Source of the DNA: an uncultured delta proteobacterium
GTDB lineage: Bacteria; Myxococcota_A; Polyangia; Polyangiales; JAFGIB01
Reading direction: 5' to 3'
DNA: 64,000 bases
Assembly (NCBI GenBank): GCA_963778655.1
Contig: CAVZVA010000012.1
Span: 160,001-224,000 of the forward strand
In this document: one piece after another, positions 54,108 through 63,793 of the stretch
Position numbering within the stretch: the stretch's first letter is position 1
How the letters are laid out: the number at the start of each line of letters is the position of its first letter
Made by a program: the position numbers and the translations under genes
Notes under the pieces: generated by a model
What the model was told of the DNA's origin: nothing
Database searches by the model: none
The model's input: only the letters and a program-made list of their open reading frames with translations

Positions 54108-54136
54108 AATCTGACGCGGGCTCGAGCGCGGGGCGC

Positions 54137-54340
54137 TCAGCTGCGGCTGTGCCGGTCGTGCCGCAGGGCGGCGTCGAGCGCACCCATGGTCAGCAGCGGC
54201 AGCACCAGCGCGACCGGGACCAGCGCGTCCGCCCGGCCGGGCAGGGCCGCCGCCAATAGCAGCGGCACCGCCAGGGTGGCGGCGGACACGAGCGCCCCTA
54301 GCGTGCGGGGCGACGACGGGATGTGGTTGGGCAATCGCAT
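54137..54340 (-). CDS. Small membrane protein (67 aa)
   Basis: AAGGAGG RBS, two hydrophobic helices and its own promoter upstream. Confidence 0.5.
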   Translation of the reverse strand: MRLPNHIPSSPRTLGALVSAATLAVPLLLAAALPGRADALVPVALVLPLLTMGALDAALRHDRHSRS

Positions 54341-54396
54341 GGCTTCCCTCCTTGGTGGCAGGGCGTCTCTTGAACGCCACTGGCCAATGCGTCATT

Positions 54397-54434
54397 TGTA
54401 ACTGTTACACTAAACACTGTGACGATTGTGTCAA
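54397..54434 (-). promoter_or_regulatory. Sigma70-type promoter with an overlapping palindromic operator
   Basis: TTGACA-N16-TAGTGT on the minus strand; perfect dyad TGTAAC-T-GTTACA at 54397-54409. Confidence 0.55.
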
Positions 54435-54556
54435 GCCAAAACCGGCGGGAGCGGGCCCGGGCCGCCAAGGGCGTGCCGCAGCCTTTGCGGGGGGGGCCCT
54501 AACAGGCCGCGCACCCGACGCGCAGCACGCGCCCGGCCTCGCCGGACGGGCGCTCT

Positions 54557-55198
54557 CTACAGGCCGCGCACGGGCCGCAGGGCTCGGGGCTCCTTGAGCC
54601 CGGCGAGCCGGAACAGCGTCTGCCGGAACAGCCGGTTGGCTTGGGCTGGGCTGAGCTGCGGATCGTAGAACGAGCTACCCAGCAGGCCGAACAGGATTGC
54701 GAACGCGGCCTGGGCGGAATCTTCGGGGCTCGCCTCGGCCTCACCCGGAAGCTTGGCGAAGAGCTCCACGAACACGTCCTTGATGCGCCGATCGTGGGCC
54801 ACCTTGAGGCGGCGCATCGCCTTGTTCTGCACCGCCTGTCCGTAGAGGTCCAGCATCACGGCCTCGTCGGCCTTGCGCATGCCCTTGGTGCCCAGAAACA
54901 GATCGGCGATGGCGGAAATGCGATCGACCGGGTCGCAGTGATCGAGCTCGGCCATCGATTTCTCGATGCGCTTGGTGACGGCCTTGAAGAAGGCTTCGAG
55001 GATCGCCTCCTTGCCGGGGAAGTAGTAGAGCAGGTGGCTCGAGCTCATCCCGGCTTCCTCGGCGATGTCGCACAGGGTCGTGCCGGCGTACCCCTTCTTC
55101 GTCATGCAGCGATAGAGCGCCGCCACGATCTTGCCGCGGCGATCGCGGGCGCTGGTAGCTTCCGCCAGACTGATGGTTCGCGATGCCGTGAGTTCCAT
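54557..55198 (-). CDS. TetR/AcrR-family transcriptional regulator
   Basis: KGYAGTTLCDIAEEAGMSSSHLLYYFPGKEAIL HTH. Confidence 0.9.
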   Translation of the reverse strand: MELTASRTISLAEATSARDRRGKIVAALYRCMTKKGYAGTTLCDIAEEAGMSSSHLLYYFPGKEAILEAFFKAVTKRIEKSMAELDHCDPVDRISAIADLFLGTKGMRKADEAVMLDLYGQAVQNKAMRRLKVAHDRRIKDVFVELFAKLPGEAEASPEDSAQAAFAILFGLLGSSFYDPQLSPAQANRLFRQTLFRLAGLKEPRALRPVRGL

Positions 55199-55429
55199 GG
55201 TTCTTTGCTTCTGGCAGGGGCCGTGCTGCGGCCGGGAGATCGGCCACTAGCATGATCGGTGCTAAGCCGCGCGCAACCGATATGTCAATGGTTTGTGCTG
55301 CACGTTTGCGTTGACACGCAAAGCACACGCTTTAGCACTGCGCATGCCGAACTTGGGTTAGGCTGGCGATCGACGGCTGGGGTTGTGCGGGCGCCTGCGC
55401 GTCGACCTACACTGGCCGCGGAGCGTGGC

Positions 55430-55984
55430 GTGCAACGGCCCGAGCTGAGCGACGAGGAGTTGATGGCCGCGTACGTGGCCGGCGACGCCTCTGCTTTTCG
55501 GGTGCTGTTCGACCGCTACGCGGTGGTGCTCTACCGCATGGTGCGGCGCAGGCTCGGCAGCGACGAGGACGCCCGCGATATCGTGCAGCAGACGCTGCTG
55601 CAGATGCACCGCGCCCGCCACGACTTTCGCCGCGATTCGCGCTTGCGGCCGTGGCTCTTCACCATCGCTATGAACCTCGTGCGCGAGCACTACCGCAGGC
55701 AAGGCCGCAGGCGCGAGCAGTCCCTGGAAGCGAACGCGCCCGAGGTTGCACGCCAGCGCGAAGCGCCGGCCACGCCGGCCGTGGACGGCGAACGGCTGCA
55801 GCGCGTGCGCGCGGCCCTGGCGAGCCTGCCCGAGCAGCAGCGGGAGGTGATCGAGCTGCACTGGTTCGAAGACAGCCCCTACGAAGAAATCGCCCGCATC
55901 GTCGGCGCCAGCGTCGCCGCAGTGCGGGTGCGCGCGCACCGCGGCTACGAGCGCCTGCGCAAGATCCTGCCCGACCATGAGTGA
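55430..55984 (+). CDS. ECF RNA polymerase sigma factor
   Basis: DARDIVQQT…WLFTIAMN (region 2) and LPEQQREVIEL…YEEIARIVG…VRVRAHRG (region 4); GTG start. Confidence 0.9.
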   Translation: MQRPELSDEELMAAYVAGDASAFRVLFDRYAVVLYRMVRRRLGSDEDARDIVQQTLLQMHRARHDFRRDSRLRPWLFTIAMNLVREHYRRQGRRREQSLEANAPEVARQREAPATPAVDGERLQRVRAALASLPEQQREVIELHWFEDSPYEEIARIVGASVAAVRVRAHRGYERLRKILPDHE

Positions 55985-56064
55985 AACCATGGCCGCCGCT
56001 GTCGCCCAAGCCCGCCCCTGTGACCGAAGCTGTAACTTCGGGGCCGGCCGCCGCCGTAGGTCAT

Positions 56065-56235
56065 CTAGAGCACCGAACATGTTGAAACACGCACGATTTC
56101 GGGGCCCTCGCGGGCGCATGGCACGCGCGCTCCCCGCTCGACGTAGGATGGACTACGCCTTCGGGCTCCCGCCCGCACCCTGCATCCCGCCATGACCCCG
56201 ACTTCGCACACGTTTCAATATGTTCGGTGCTCTAG
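56065..56235 (-). mobile_element. CTAG-bounded palindromic element, family A-like copy 3
   Basis: 24-bp TIRs CTAGAGCACCGAACATGTTGAAAC…GTTTCAATATGTTCGGTGCTCTAG; minus-strand core GAAGGCGTAG…CTACGTCGAG. Confidence 0.8.
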
Positions 56236-56274
56236 GAGTCACTTGCGCCCTGCACTCGGAGCCGAAGGACGAGC

Positions 56275-57033
56275 ATGACGAGCAGCGGCAGCAACGGCGG
56301 TGGGCGGTCGGCCGGTGTGGACGCGCCGGGCGAGGCGCTGCACAGCCAGCTCTCGCGCTTGGCGGCCCACTCCGAGGCATCGAGCGCCGACCTCGAGGCG
56401 CTGTTCGCGCAGCTGCAGCGGGCGGTCGGAGCAGAGCGCGGCCCGCGGGCGCGCCTGCGCGCACTGCCGACGTGGCTGCGCGTGGGCCTGGTGCTGGCCG
56501 TGGCGGGCGCGCTCGGCGCGCTCGCGGCCGGGCGCTTCATGCGCCCCGACATCACGGCGTATCCGGCCGGGCGCATGGCGCTGGCGCTGATCTCGATCGG
56601 CGCGTTGCTGGCAGCCAGCCTGTGGCTCGCGCTGCGTCCGCTGCAGCTCGCGTCTGTTGCGCCCTGGGTTCCGGCGACTGCCGCGCTCGGCTCGTTGCTG
56701 TGGCTGGGTGCGCTCTATCTGTTGCCGCCCGTGCACGAAGCCACCGGCTGGTCGCGCAATCCCGCGGGGCTGGGACCGACGCTGGCACGCGCGCTGCCGT
56801 GCATGGTGATCGGCCTGGGGCTTTCGCTGCCGTTCCTGCTGTTGTTGCGTGCGCTCGACCGTGGCGGCACCCGGCGTCCCTTGCTGATGGCGGCAGCGGC
56901 CGGCTTGCTCGCGAACTTCGTGCTCCAGCTCGCTTGCCCGGTCACCGCGCCGGTGCACATGCTGCTCGGGCACATGGGCGTGGCCGTGCTGTTGCTGGCG
57001 GGCGCGGCGGCGCTCGGCGGAGGCCAGCCGTGA
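56275..57033 (+). CDS. Multi-TM anti-sigma factor (NrsF/DUF1109-like)
   Basis: About six TM helices, LPC and LACPVTAPVHMLLGH motifs; downstream of the ECF sigma gene. Confidence 0.65.
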   Translation: MTSSGSNGGGRSAGVDAPGEALHSQLSRLAAHSEASSADLEALFAQLQRAVGAERGPRARLRALPTWLRVGLVLAVAGALGALAAGRFMRPDITAYPAGRMALALISIGALLAASLWLALRPLQLASVAPWVPATAALGSLLWLGALYLLPPVHEATGWSRNPAGLGPTLARALPCMVIGLGLSLPFLLLLRALDRGGTRRPLLMAAAAGLLANFVLQLACPVTAPVHMLLGHMGVAVLLLAGAAALGGGQP

Positions 57034-57326
57034 AGCGGCGGCTGCTCGACCAAACCGAGATAGAGCGCGCGCTGCAGTCGCTGCCGGGCTGGAGCCTGGC
57101 GGACGGAAAGCTCCACCGCGAGATGCGTTTCGCGGACTTCGTGGAGGCCTTCGCATTCATGAGCGCGATGGCGCTGGTCTCCGAATCGATGAACCACCAT
57201 CCGGAGTGGCTGAACGTCTACGGGCGACTGGTGATCGACCTCAGCACGCACGACGCTGGCGGCGTCACCGAGCTCGACCTGCAGTGGGCACGACGGGCCG
57301 AGGCGTTGCGCCGCGTACCGGGCTGA
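57030..57326 (+). CDS. phhB: Pterin-4-alpha-carbinolamine dehydratase
   Basis: LPGW…FADFVEAFAFM…NHHPEWLNVY…LSTHDAGGVTELD; GTGA overlap. Confidence 0.9.
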   Translation: MKRRLLDQTEIERALQSLPGWSLADGKLHREMRFADFVEAFAFMSAMALVSESMNHHPEWLNVYGRLVIDLSTHDAGGVTELDLQWARRAEALRRVPG

Positions 57327-57345
57327 GGGCTAGGGGTTCACTAGA

Positions 57346-58527
57346 TCAGGCCGGCGCGGGCTGCGCGCCCGGCAGCAGCGCCGGCGCCCGGTCGGATTGC
57401 GGCAGCGGACCTCCGCCCTCGCGGAAGGGACCCAGCCGCTTGCGCTTGAGCTCGGCGGTGGCGAGCTCGCGATAGCGTTGATTGCGCATCATCGCCAGCA
57501 CCACCGTCCCGTAGTAGCCGGCCGGCATCTTGGGGCTTTGCTCGAAGCGGCGCAGCAGCTGGTAGGGGCGCGAGGCGCGCGCGTGGTGGTCGGAGTGCCG
57601 CGACAGGCCGACCAGCGTGTGCAGCGTGAACCAGTTGTCGGTGTCCCAGGAATCCAGACTGGTCACCGTCCTGCCCGCCCGCAGCAGCCCCCAGTGCTCG
57701 ATGTAGTTGACGACCTCGAGCAGCATGAAGGCCATGCGCGCCTGCGCCAGGAAGAACACGGCCGCGATCCAGCCGAACACGAATAGATAGGTGAGGGTGA
57801 TCGCGATCTCAGCCAGCACGCCCTGCAGCACGCGGTGGCGCAGCATGCGCCGGTCGAACAAGCCCATGTGCGGGTCGCCCAGGCGCGTCTTCTCCAGGCG
57901 CCAGGCGCTGCGGAACTGCGCGGGCACGGTGCGCATGAAGAACTGATGGAAGGTCTCGCCGAAGCGCGCCGTAGCGGGATCCGCCAGCGTGCCTACGCGC
58001 GGGTGGTGTCCGCGCACGTGCTCGGTCGCGAAGTGCTCGTAGCACACGAACATCAGCAGCAGCCTGCCCAGGAAGAACTGCAGGCGGTTGCGCCGGTGCA
58101 CCAGCTCGTGGGCGAGCACGATGCCGGAGTAGCCCGCGGTCACGCCGCTGATCGCTTGCATCGCGACGAAGTCGGCCAGCGTTTGCCCGAGCCTGGGCAG
58201 CGGCCAGATCGCGAGCTTGGACGCCATCACGCCGAGCAGCACGAAGTTGGCCAGCTGCAGCGCGACCAGCAGGTACACCTGCAGGTCGAAGGGCCAGCGC
58301 GGCGCGCCCTCGGCCGGCTGGCGCAGGTCGGGCGGCGCGCGGTTGTCGACCATCACCAGCACCCAGATCGGCAAGCCCCACAGCAGCGCGATCCACCAGC
58401 GGTGCGGGCCGGTGATCAGGAACACCAGGTTCAGCAGCGGCAAAAAGAAGGCCCACAGGTGCACGAACCAGGCTCGGGTGGGGCTCATTTCCGCTTCAAG
58501 CTCGGCCGTTGGTGCGAGCGCTGGCAT
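57346..58527 (-). CDS. alkB: Alkane 1-monooxygenase (AlkB-like non-heme diiron membrane hydroxylase)
   Basis: His boxes HELVH, EHVRGHH, NYIEHWG and LSRHSDHH; DPATARFGE. Confidence 0.82.
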   Translation of the reverse strand: MPALAPTAELEAEMSPTRAWFVHLWAFFLPLLNLVFLITGPHRWWIALLWGLPIWVLVMVDNRAPPDLRQPAEGAPRWPFDLQVYLLVALQLANFVLLGVMASKLAIWPLPRLGQTLADFVAMQAISGVTAGYSGIVLAHELVHRRNRLQFFLGRLLLMFVCYEHFATEHVRGHHPRVGTLADPATARFGETFHQFFMRTVPAQFRSAWRLEKTRLGDPHMGLFDRRMLRHRVLQGVLAEIAITLTYLFVFGWIAAVFFLAQARMAFMLLEVVNYIEHWGLLRAGRTVTSLDSWDTDNWFTLHTLVGLSRHSDHHARASRPYQLLRRFEQSPKMPAGYYGTVVLAMMRNQRYRELATAELKRKRLGPFREGGGPLPQSDRAPALLPGAQPAPA

Positions 58528-58589
58528 GCTGCCTCCAAGCATCTGAACGCACGGGCAGATGGCCCGTGGCTCAGCCACCAGCACACTGT

Positions 58590-58613
58590 TTAGCATACGC
58601 ATTCGTATGTCAA
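58590..58613. promoter_or_regulatory. Palindromic operator overlapping the alkB -35 box
   Basis: CATACG-N4-CGTATG (58594-58609) overlapping TTGACA on the minus strand, in the divergent alkB/ferredoxin gap. Confidence 0.55.
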
Positions 58614-58697
58614 ATCCAAAAGCGCACGCCGCAGCGGCGCGCCCCGTGCTATGGCTGCAGCCGTCCGGCCCCGTTCGTCCGCACCAGGAGAGCGCGA

Positions 58698-58889
58698 ATG
58701 AAGGTTGTCGTCGATTTCGAGATCTGCCAGAGCCACGGCCTGTGCACGCAAGCCGCCCCCGAGGTCTTCGAGCTCCGGGATGACGGCTTTCTCTACATCC
58801 TGAATGAGCACCCGCCGGAGGCGTTGCGCGGCAAGGTGCAGACCGCGCTGCGCGAATGCCCGACCGGCGCGATCAAGATCGAGGACTAG
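58698..58889 (+). CDS. Single-cluster ([3Fe-4S]-type) ferredoxin
   Basis: 63 aa, CQSHGLC…APEVFEL…ECPTGAI; AGGAG RBS. Confidence 0.88.
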   Translation: MKVVVDFEICQSHGLCTQAAPEVFELRDDGFLYILNEHPPEALRGKVQTALRECPTGAIKIED

Positions 58890-58896
58890 AGGTCAG

Positions 58897-59125
58897 GGGC
58901 CACATGGGAGCGAAGCGAGCCCCGGGGGCGGGTGGGGCCCCAACGGCTTTGCCGGTGGGGCGGGAGGGGCGCGTGCCCCTCCCGATCACAGGAGAAGCGA
59001 GAGCCATGGCCAGCAAGCTCGATCAGCGTTCGGGCCACATGGGAGCGAAGCGAGCCCCGGGGGCGGGTGGGGCCCCAACGGCTTTGCCGGTGGGGCGGGA
59101 GGGGCGCGTGCCCCTCCCGATCACA
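58897..59125 (+). repeat. Two identical 94-bp direct repeats (family D) separated by 41 bp
   Basis: 58897-58990 equals 59032-59125; each contains GGGCCCC/CGGC-TTT-GCCG and GGGAGGGGC…GCCCCTCCC hairpins. Confidence 0.9.
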
Positions 59126-59139
59126 AGCCAACCCAGGAG

Positions 59140-59180
59140 GCATCGGATCGGAAATCCGGGAAGGATTTCCGATCCGATGC
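59140..59180. repeat. 18-bp perfect hairpin between the RBS and start codon of the reductase
   Basis: GCATCGGATCGGAAATCC-GGGAA-GGATTTCCGATCCGATGC followed by ACTAGTG. Confidence 0.8.
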
Positions 59181-59184
59181 ACTA

Positions 59185-60396
59185 GTGCTGCGCCGCGTCG
59201 TCGTGGTGGGGGCCTCGCTCGGCGGTCTGCGCGCTGCCGAGGCGCTGCGCCGGCGAGGCTACGGCGGCGAGCTGCTGCTGGTCGGCGAGGAGGCGCACGC
59301 GCCCTATGATCGACCGCCGCTCTCCAAGCAGCTGCTGCGCGGCGAATGGCCGGCCGAGCGCGTGCGCCTGCGCGCCGAGCAGGATCTGGCCGCGCTGCAG
59401 CTCGAGCTGCGGCTCGGCACGCGCGTGGAGCGGCTCGACGCCGCGCGCAAGCGACTGCTCCTGCAGGGCGGCGGCGAGATCGGCTATGACGGCCTGGTGA
59501 TCGCCACCGGTGCGAGCCCGCGCAGCTTGCCCGGCGTGCCGCCGCTCGCCGGCGTTCACGTGCTGCGCACACTCGACGATGCGCTGGCGATCCGGCGGGT
59601 GCTCACGCAGGGCAGCCCACGCGTGTGCGTGGCCGGCGCGGGGTTCATCGGCCTCGAGGTCGCTGCCTCCTGCCGTGCGCTCGGGCTCGAGGTGAGCGCG
59701 GTCGAGCCGCTGGCGCTGCCGCTGCAGACCAGAGTCGGCGCCGCGATGGCCGCGCTGGTGGCCGCGCTGCACCGCGACCACGGCGTGGCGTTGCACTGCG
59801 GCGCCGGCGTGAGCGCGCTCGAGGGCGGCGCGCGCGTGGAGCGCGTGCGGTTGAGCGACGGCAGCGTGCTGCCTGCCGACCTAGTGGTAGTGGGCGTCGG
59901 TGTGCGTCCGGCGATCGAATGGTTGCAGGGCTCGGGCATCGCGCTCGGCGACGGCGTGCTGTGCGATGCGAGCTGTGCTACCTCGCTGCCCGACGTGGTC
60001 GCGGCTGGAGATGTCGCGCGCTGGCACGATGCGCGCCTGGGCGAGAGCCTGCGGATCGAGCACTGGAGTCAGGCCGGTGAGATGGCCGAGCACGCCGCCG
60101 CTCGCCTGCTGGCCGGCCCGGAGGGCGCCGCGGCGTTCACGCCGGTGCCGTACTTCTGGTCCGATCAATACGACGTGAAGATCCAGGTCGCGGGCTGGCT
60201 GCGTCCCGGCGATACGATGGAGCTGGTCGAAGGCTCGGTCGAGGCGCGCAAGCTGGTCGCGCTGTTCGGCCGCGCGGGGCGGCTGCGCGCGGTGCTCGCG
60301 CTCAATCGGCCGGCGCAGCTGGTGCGCTACCGGCGCCTGCTCGCGGGCGACACCGGCTTCGAGGCCGCGATCGCCCAGGCGCGGGCCCAGGGCTGA
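59185..60396 (+). CDS. FAD/NAD(P)H-dependent ferredoxin reductase
   Basis: VVVGASLGG, PYDRPPLSK, ATG, GAGFIGLE, AAGD, RIEHW and PYFWSDQY. Confidence 0.9.
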   Translation: MLRRVVVVGASLGGLRAAEALRRRGYGGELLLVGEEAHAPYDRPPLSKQLLRGEWPAERVRLRAEQDLAALQLELRLGTRVERLDAARKRLLLQGGGEIGYDGLVIATGASPRSLPGVPPLAGVHVLRTLDDALAIRRVLTQGSPRVCVAGAGFIGLEVAASCRALGLEVSAVEPLALPLQTRVGAAMAALVAALHRDHGVALHCGAGVSALEGGARVERVRLSDGSVLPADLVVVGVGVRPAIEWLQGSGIALGDGVLCDASCATSLPDVVAAGDVARWHDARLGESLRIEHWSQAGEMAEHAAARLLAGPEGAAAFTPVPYFWSDQYDVKIQVAGWLRPGDTMELVEGSVEARKLVALFGRAGRLRAVLALNRPAQLVRYRRLLAGDTGFEAAIAQARAQG

Positions 60397-60440
60397 GCCC
60401 GCCCCGCTCTTGCCGCGAGCATGCTGCCTGGAGAAATACG

Positions 60441-60512
60441 ACCGGAAGGCGGGAAGACGAGAAGGACGGCGGATGAATTCGAGCTTCCAGCCTTCCGTCT
60501 GGCTGTGAATCC
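60441..60512. repeat. Short palindromic repeat family C
   Basis: ACCGGAAGGCGGGAAGACGAGAAG…CTTCCAGCCTTCCGTCTGGCTGTGAATCC. Confidence 0.6.
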
Positions 60513-60614
60513 ACTGTTCCCGGCGCACCGCCGCTTCCGGCCGGGCGCCGAACTCGACAACCCAGCGGCGATCGACTACCACGATCGGCGCCCTTCGCCC
60601 GGCAAGGAGCGCGC

Positions 60615-61958
<1,344 letters not shown>

Positions 61959-62004
61959 CGCTGCGCTGCCACGCGCGCGCTCGGTCTTCCCGCTTTCTGT
62001 TGTC

Positions 62005-63681
62005 TCAGTCCGTGCCTTGCTCGGCCCCCGCGCTCGCCGCTGGGGGATTGCGGCTCTCGCGTAGCGCCAGGTCGGCGAAGTACTCGTCGAACTTCGCCTG
62101 CGCCTGGTTGCCGAACAAGATGCGGCAGGCTTGCATCAGCCCCGGGGCGTGCTGCACCTCCGGCTTGCGCGCGATCAGCGCGATCTTGCTGCGGCGGCGC
62201 AGGAAGTCTTCGAGCTTGGTCACCATCTCGCGCCGCGCCGCGTAGTACAGCTCGCAGCGCACGTACTCGGTGCCGTGGATCAGCACCTCGGCCATGCTCG
62301 GGTCCTCGCGGATCTCATCGAGTAGGTGCAGCGCCGCGCTGCCGTAGCGCCGCCACAGCCGCGTGCTGAGCGGCTCGGAGGACTCCGCGGCCGTGCGCTC
62401 GTCCAGGCGCATCAGCGCCGCCTGGTGGAAGTACTCCTCGCGCACCTCGGGTGGTGGCTCGCCGTACCAGCGCGCGTCCTTCCAGCGCAGCTCCACGCCG
62501 AGCGCGTGCACGGCCGCGGCCACCTCCTCGCCGACGTTGAGGCAATCGGTCATCTTGCCGCCGAAGATGCTCACGTGCGCCCGCGCCCGGTCGGTCTCCA
62601 CCGCGTGCTTGCGCGAGAGCGCGGTCCAGTCGACGTCGTGCTTGCGCGAGCGCTGCTCGGGGTCGATCACCAGCGGCCGCACGCCGCAGCGTTCGGCGAT
62701 GATGTCGCTTTCGGTCAGCGGCCGCGCGAGCTTGAGCCGGCGGTTGACGTTGTCGAGGATGAAGCGACGATCCTCGGGCGTAACCTGCGGCGGCAGCTCG
62801 GTCACGCGCGTGTCGGTGGTGCCGATGCACGACTTGGGGCCGAGCGGCAGCACGAAGAAAAGCCGCCCGTCGTCCGCGAAGAACGCCAGCACCCGCCGCG
62901 ACGGCGTGATGCGGTCGACGATCAGGTGCACGCCCTTGGAGAACACGTGGTGGTGTCGCGTGTCCACGCCGTCCTGCCGGTTGCGCGCGTCGACCAGCGG
63001 CCCGCAGGCGTTGACCAGCACGCGGGCGCGGATCTCGAGCTCACCCCCGCAGATCACGTCGCGCGCGCGCGCCTGCCACAGCCCGTCGGATCCGCGCTCG
63101 GCGGTCAGCGCCTCAACGTAGTTCGCGACGATCGCGCCGTGGTCGAGCGCGCCGCGGATGAAGCCGAAGACGAAGCGCGCGTCGTTGTCGACCAGATACG
63201 CGTCCGAGTATTCGATGCCGCCCGGGCCGCCGCGTGGATCCACCACCGGCTCCTCGTGCTCGACGTCGGCGCGGCCGAGCAGGCGCGGCGGCCGGGTGAA
63301 GAAGCGCCCGATCGCCCAGTACAGCCACACCCCAACGTAGAGCGTGGCGCGCGAGCGCCGAAAGCCGGGCTCGATGGTGGTGAAGAAGCGGATCTCCTTG
63401 ACCGAGGACGGGTAGGTCTCGATCAGGCGGTTGCGCGAGCTGCACAGCTTGCGCACCAAGCCGAGCTCGCCCGTCTCCAGATACTTGATGCCGCCCCACA
63501 CCATGTTGGAGGACTCCTGGCTGGTGAGGCCCGCGAAGTCGCCCCGGTCGATCAGCGCCACGCGCGCGCCCTGGGCGCTGAGCGCGGCGGCGGAGACCGC
63601 GCCGTTGATGCCGCCGCCCACGATCAGCACGTCGAACAAGCCTTCGCCGAGCTGCCCCAGGTTGTTGTCGCGAAGCCTCAT
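62005..63681 (-). CDS. glpD: FAD-dependent glycerol-3-phosphate dehydrogenase/oxidase
   Basis: IVGGGINGA, TSQESSNMVWGGIKYLE, SKGVHL, GTTD, GVRPL and GGKMT. Confidence 0.78.
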   Translation of the reverse strand: MRLRDNNLGQLGEGLFDVLIVGGGINGAVSAAALSAQGARVALIDRGDFAGLTSQESSNMVWGGIKYLETGELGLVRKLCSSRNRLIETYPSSVKEIRFFTTIEPGFRRSRATLYVGVWLYWAIGRFFTRPPRLLGRADVEHEEPVVDPRGGPGGIEYSDAYLVDNDARFVFGFIRGALDHGAIVANYVEALTAERGSDGLWQARARDVICGGELEIRARVLVNACGPLVDARNRQDGVDTRHHHVFSKGVHLIVDRITPSRRVLAFFADDGRLFFVLPLGPKSCIGTTDTRVTELPPQVTPEDRRFILDNVNRRLKLARPLTESDIIAERCGVRPLVIDPEQRSRKHDVDWTALSRKHAVETDRARAHVSIFGGKMTDCLNVGEEVAAAVHALGVELRWKDARWYGEPPPEVREEYFHQAALMRLDERTAAESSEPLSTRLWRRYGSAALHLLDEIREDPSMAEVLIHGTEYVRCELYYAARREMVTKLEDFLRRRSKIALIARKPEVQHAPGLMQACRILFGNQAQAKFDEYFADLALRESRNPPAASAGAEQGTD

Positions 63682-63793
63682 CCGGGTCGGCAGCGCAAGG
63701 CCTCCGCCCCGCGGCGCGCCGAGAGCATGGGCGCCAGAAGCCCCTTTCGCAACGGCGAACCGCCGCGCATCCGCCCGGAGCGCGCGCGTCCTC

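Noticed and set aside
55211..55227. Sigma54-like TGGCAGG-GGCC-GTGC upstream of the ECF sigma gene
   Set aside because: The spacing fits but the match is weak, it is about 200 bp from the start codon, and such matches arise by chance in GC-rich DNA.
58897..59125. Possible CRISPR array (repeat-spacer-repeat)
   Set aside because: The repeats are 94 bp, far longer than CRISPR repeats, there are only two units, and no cas genes are in the window.
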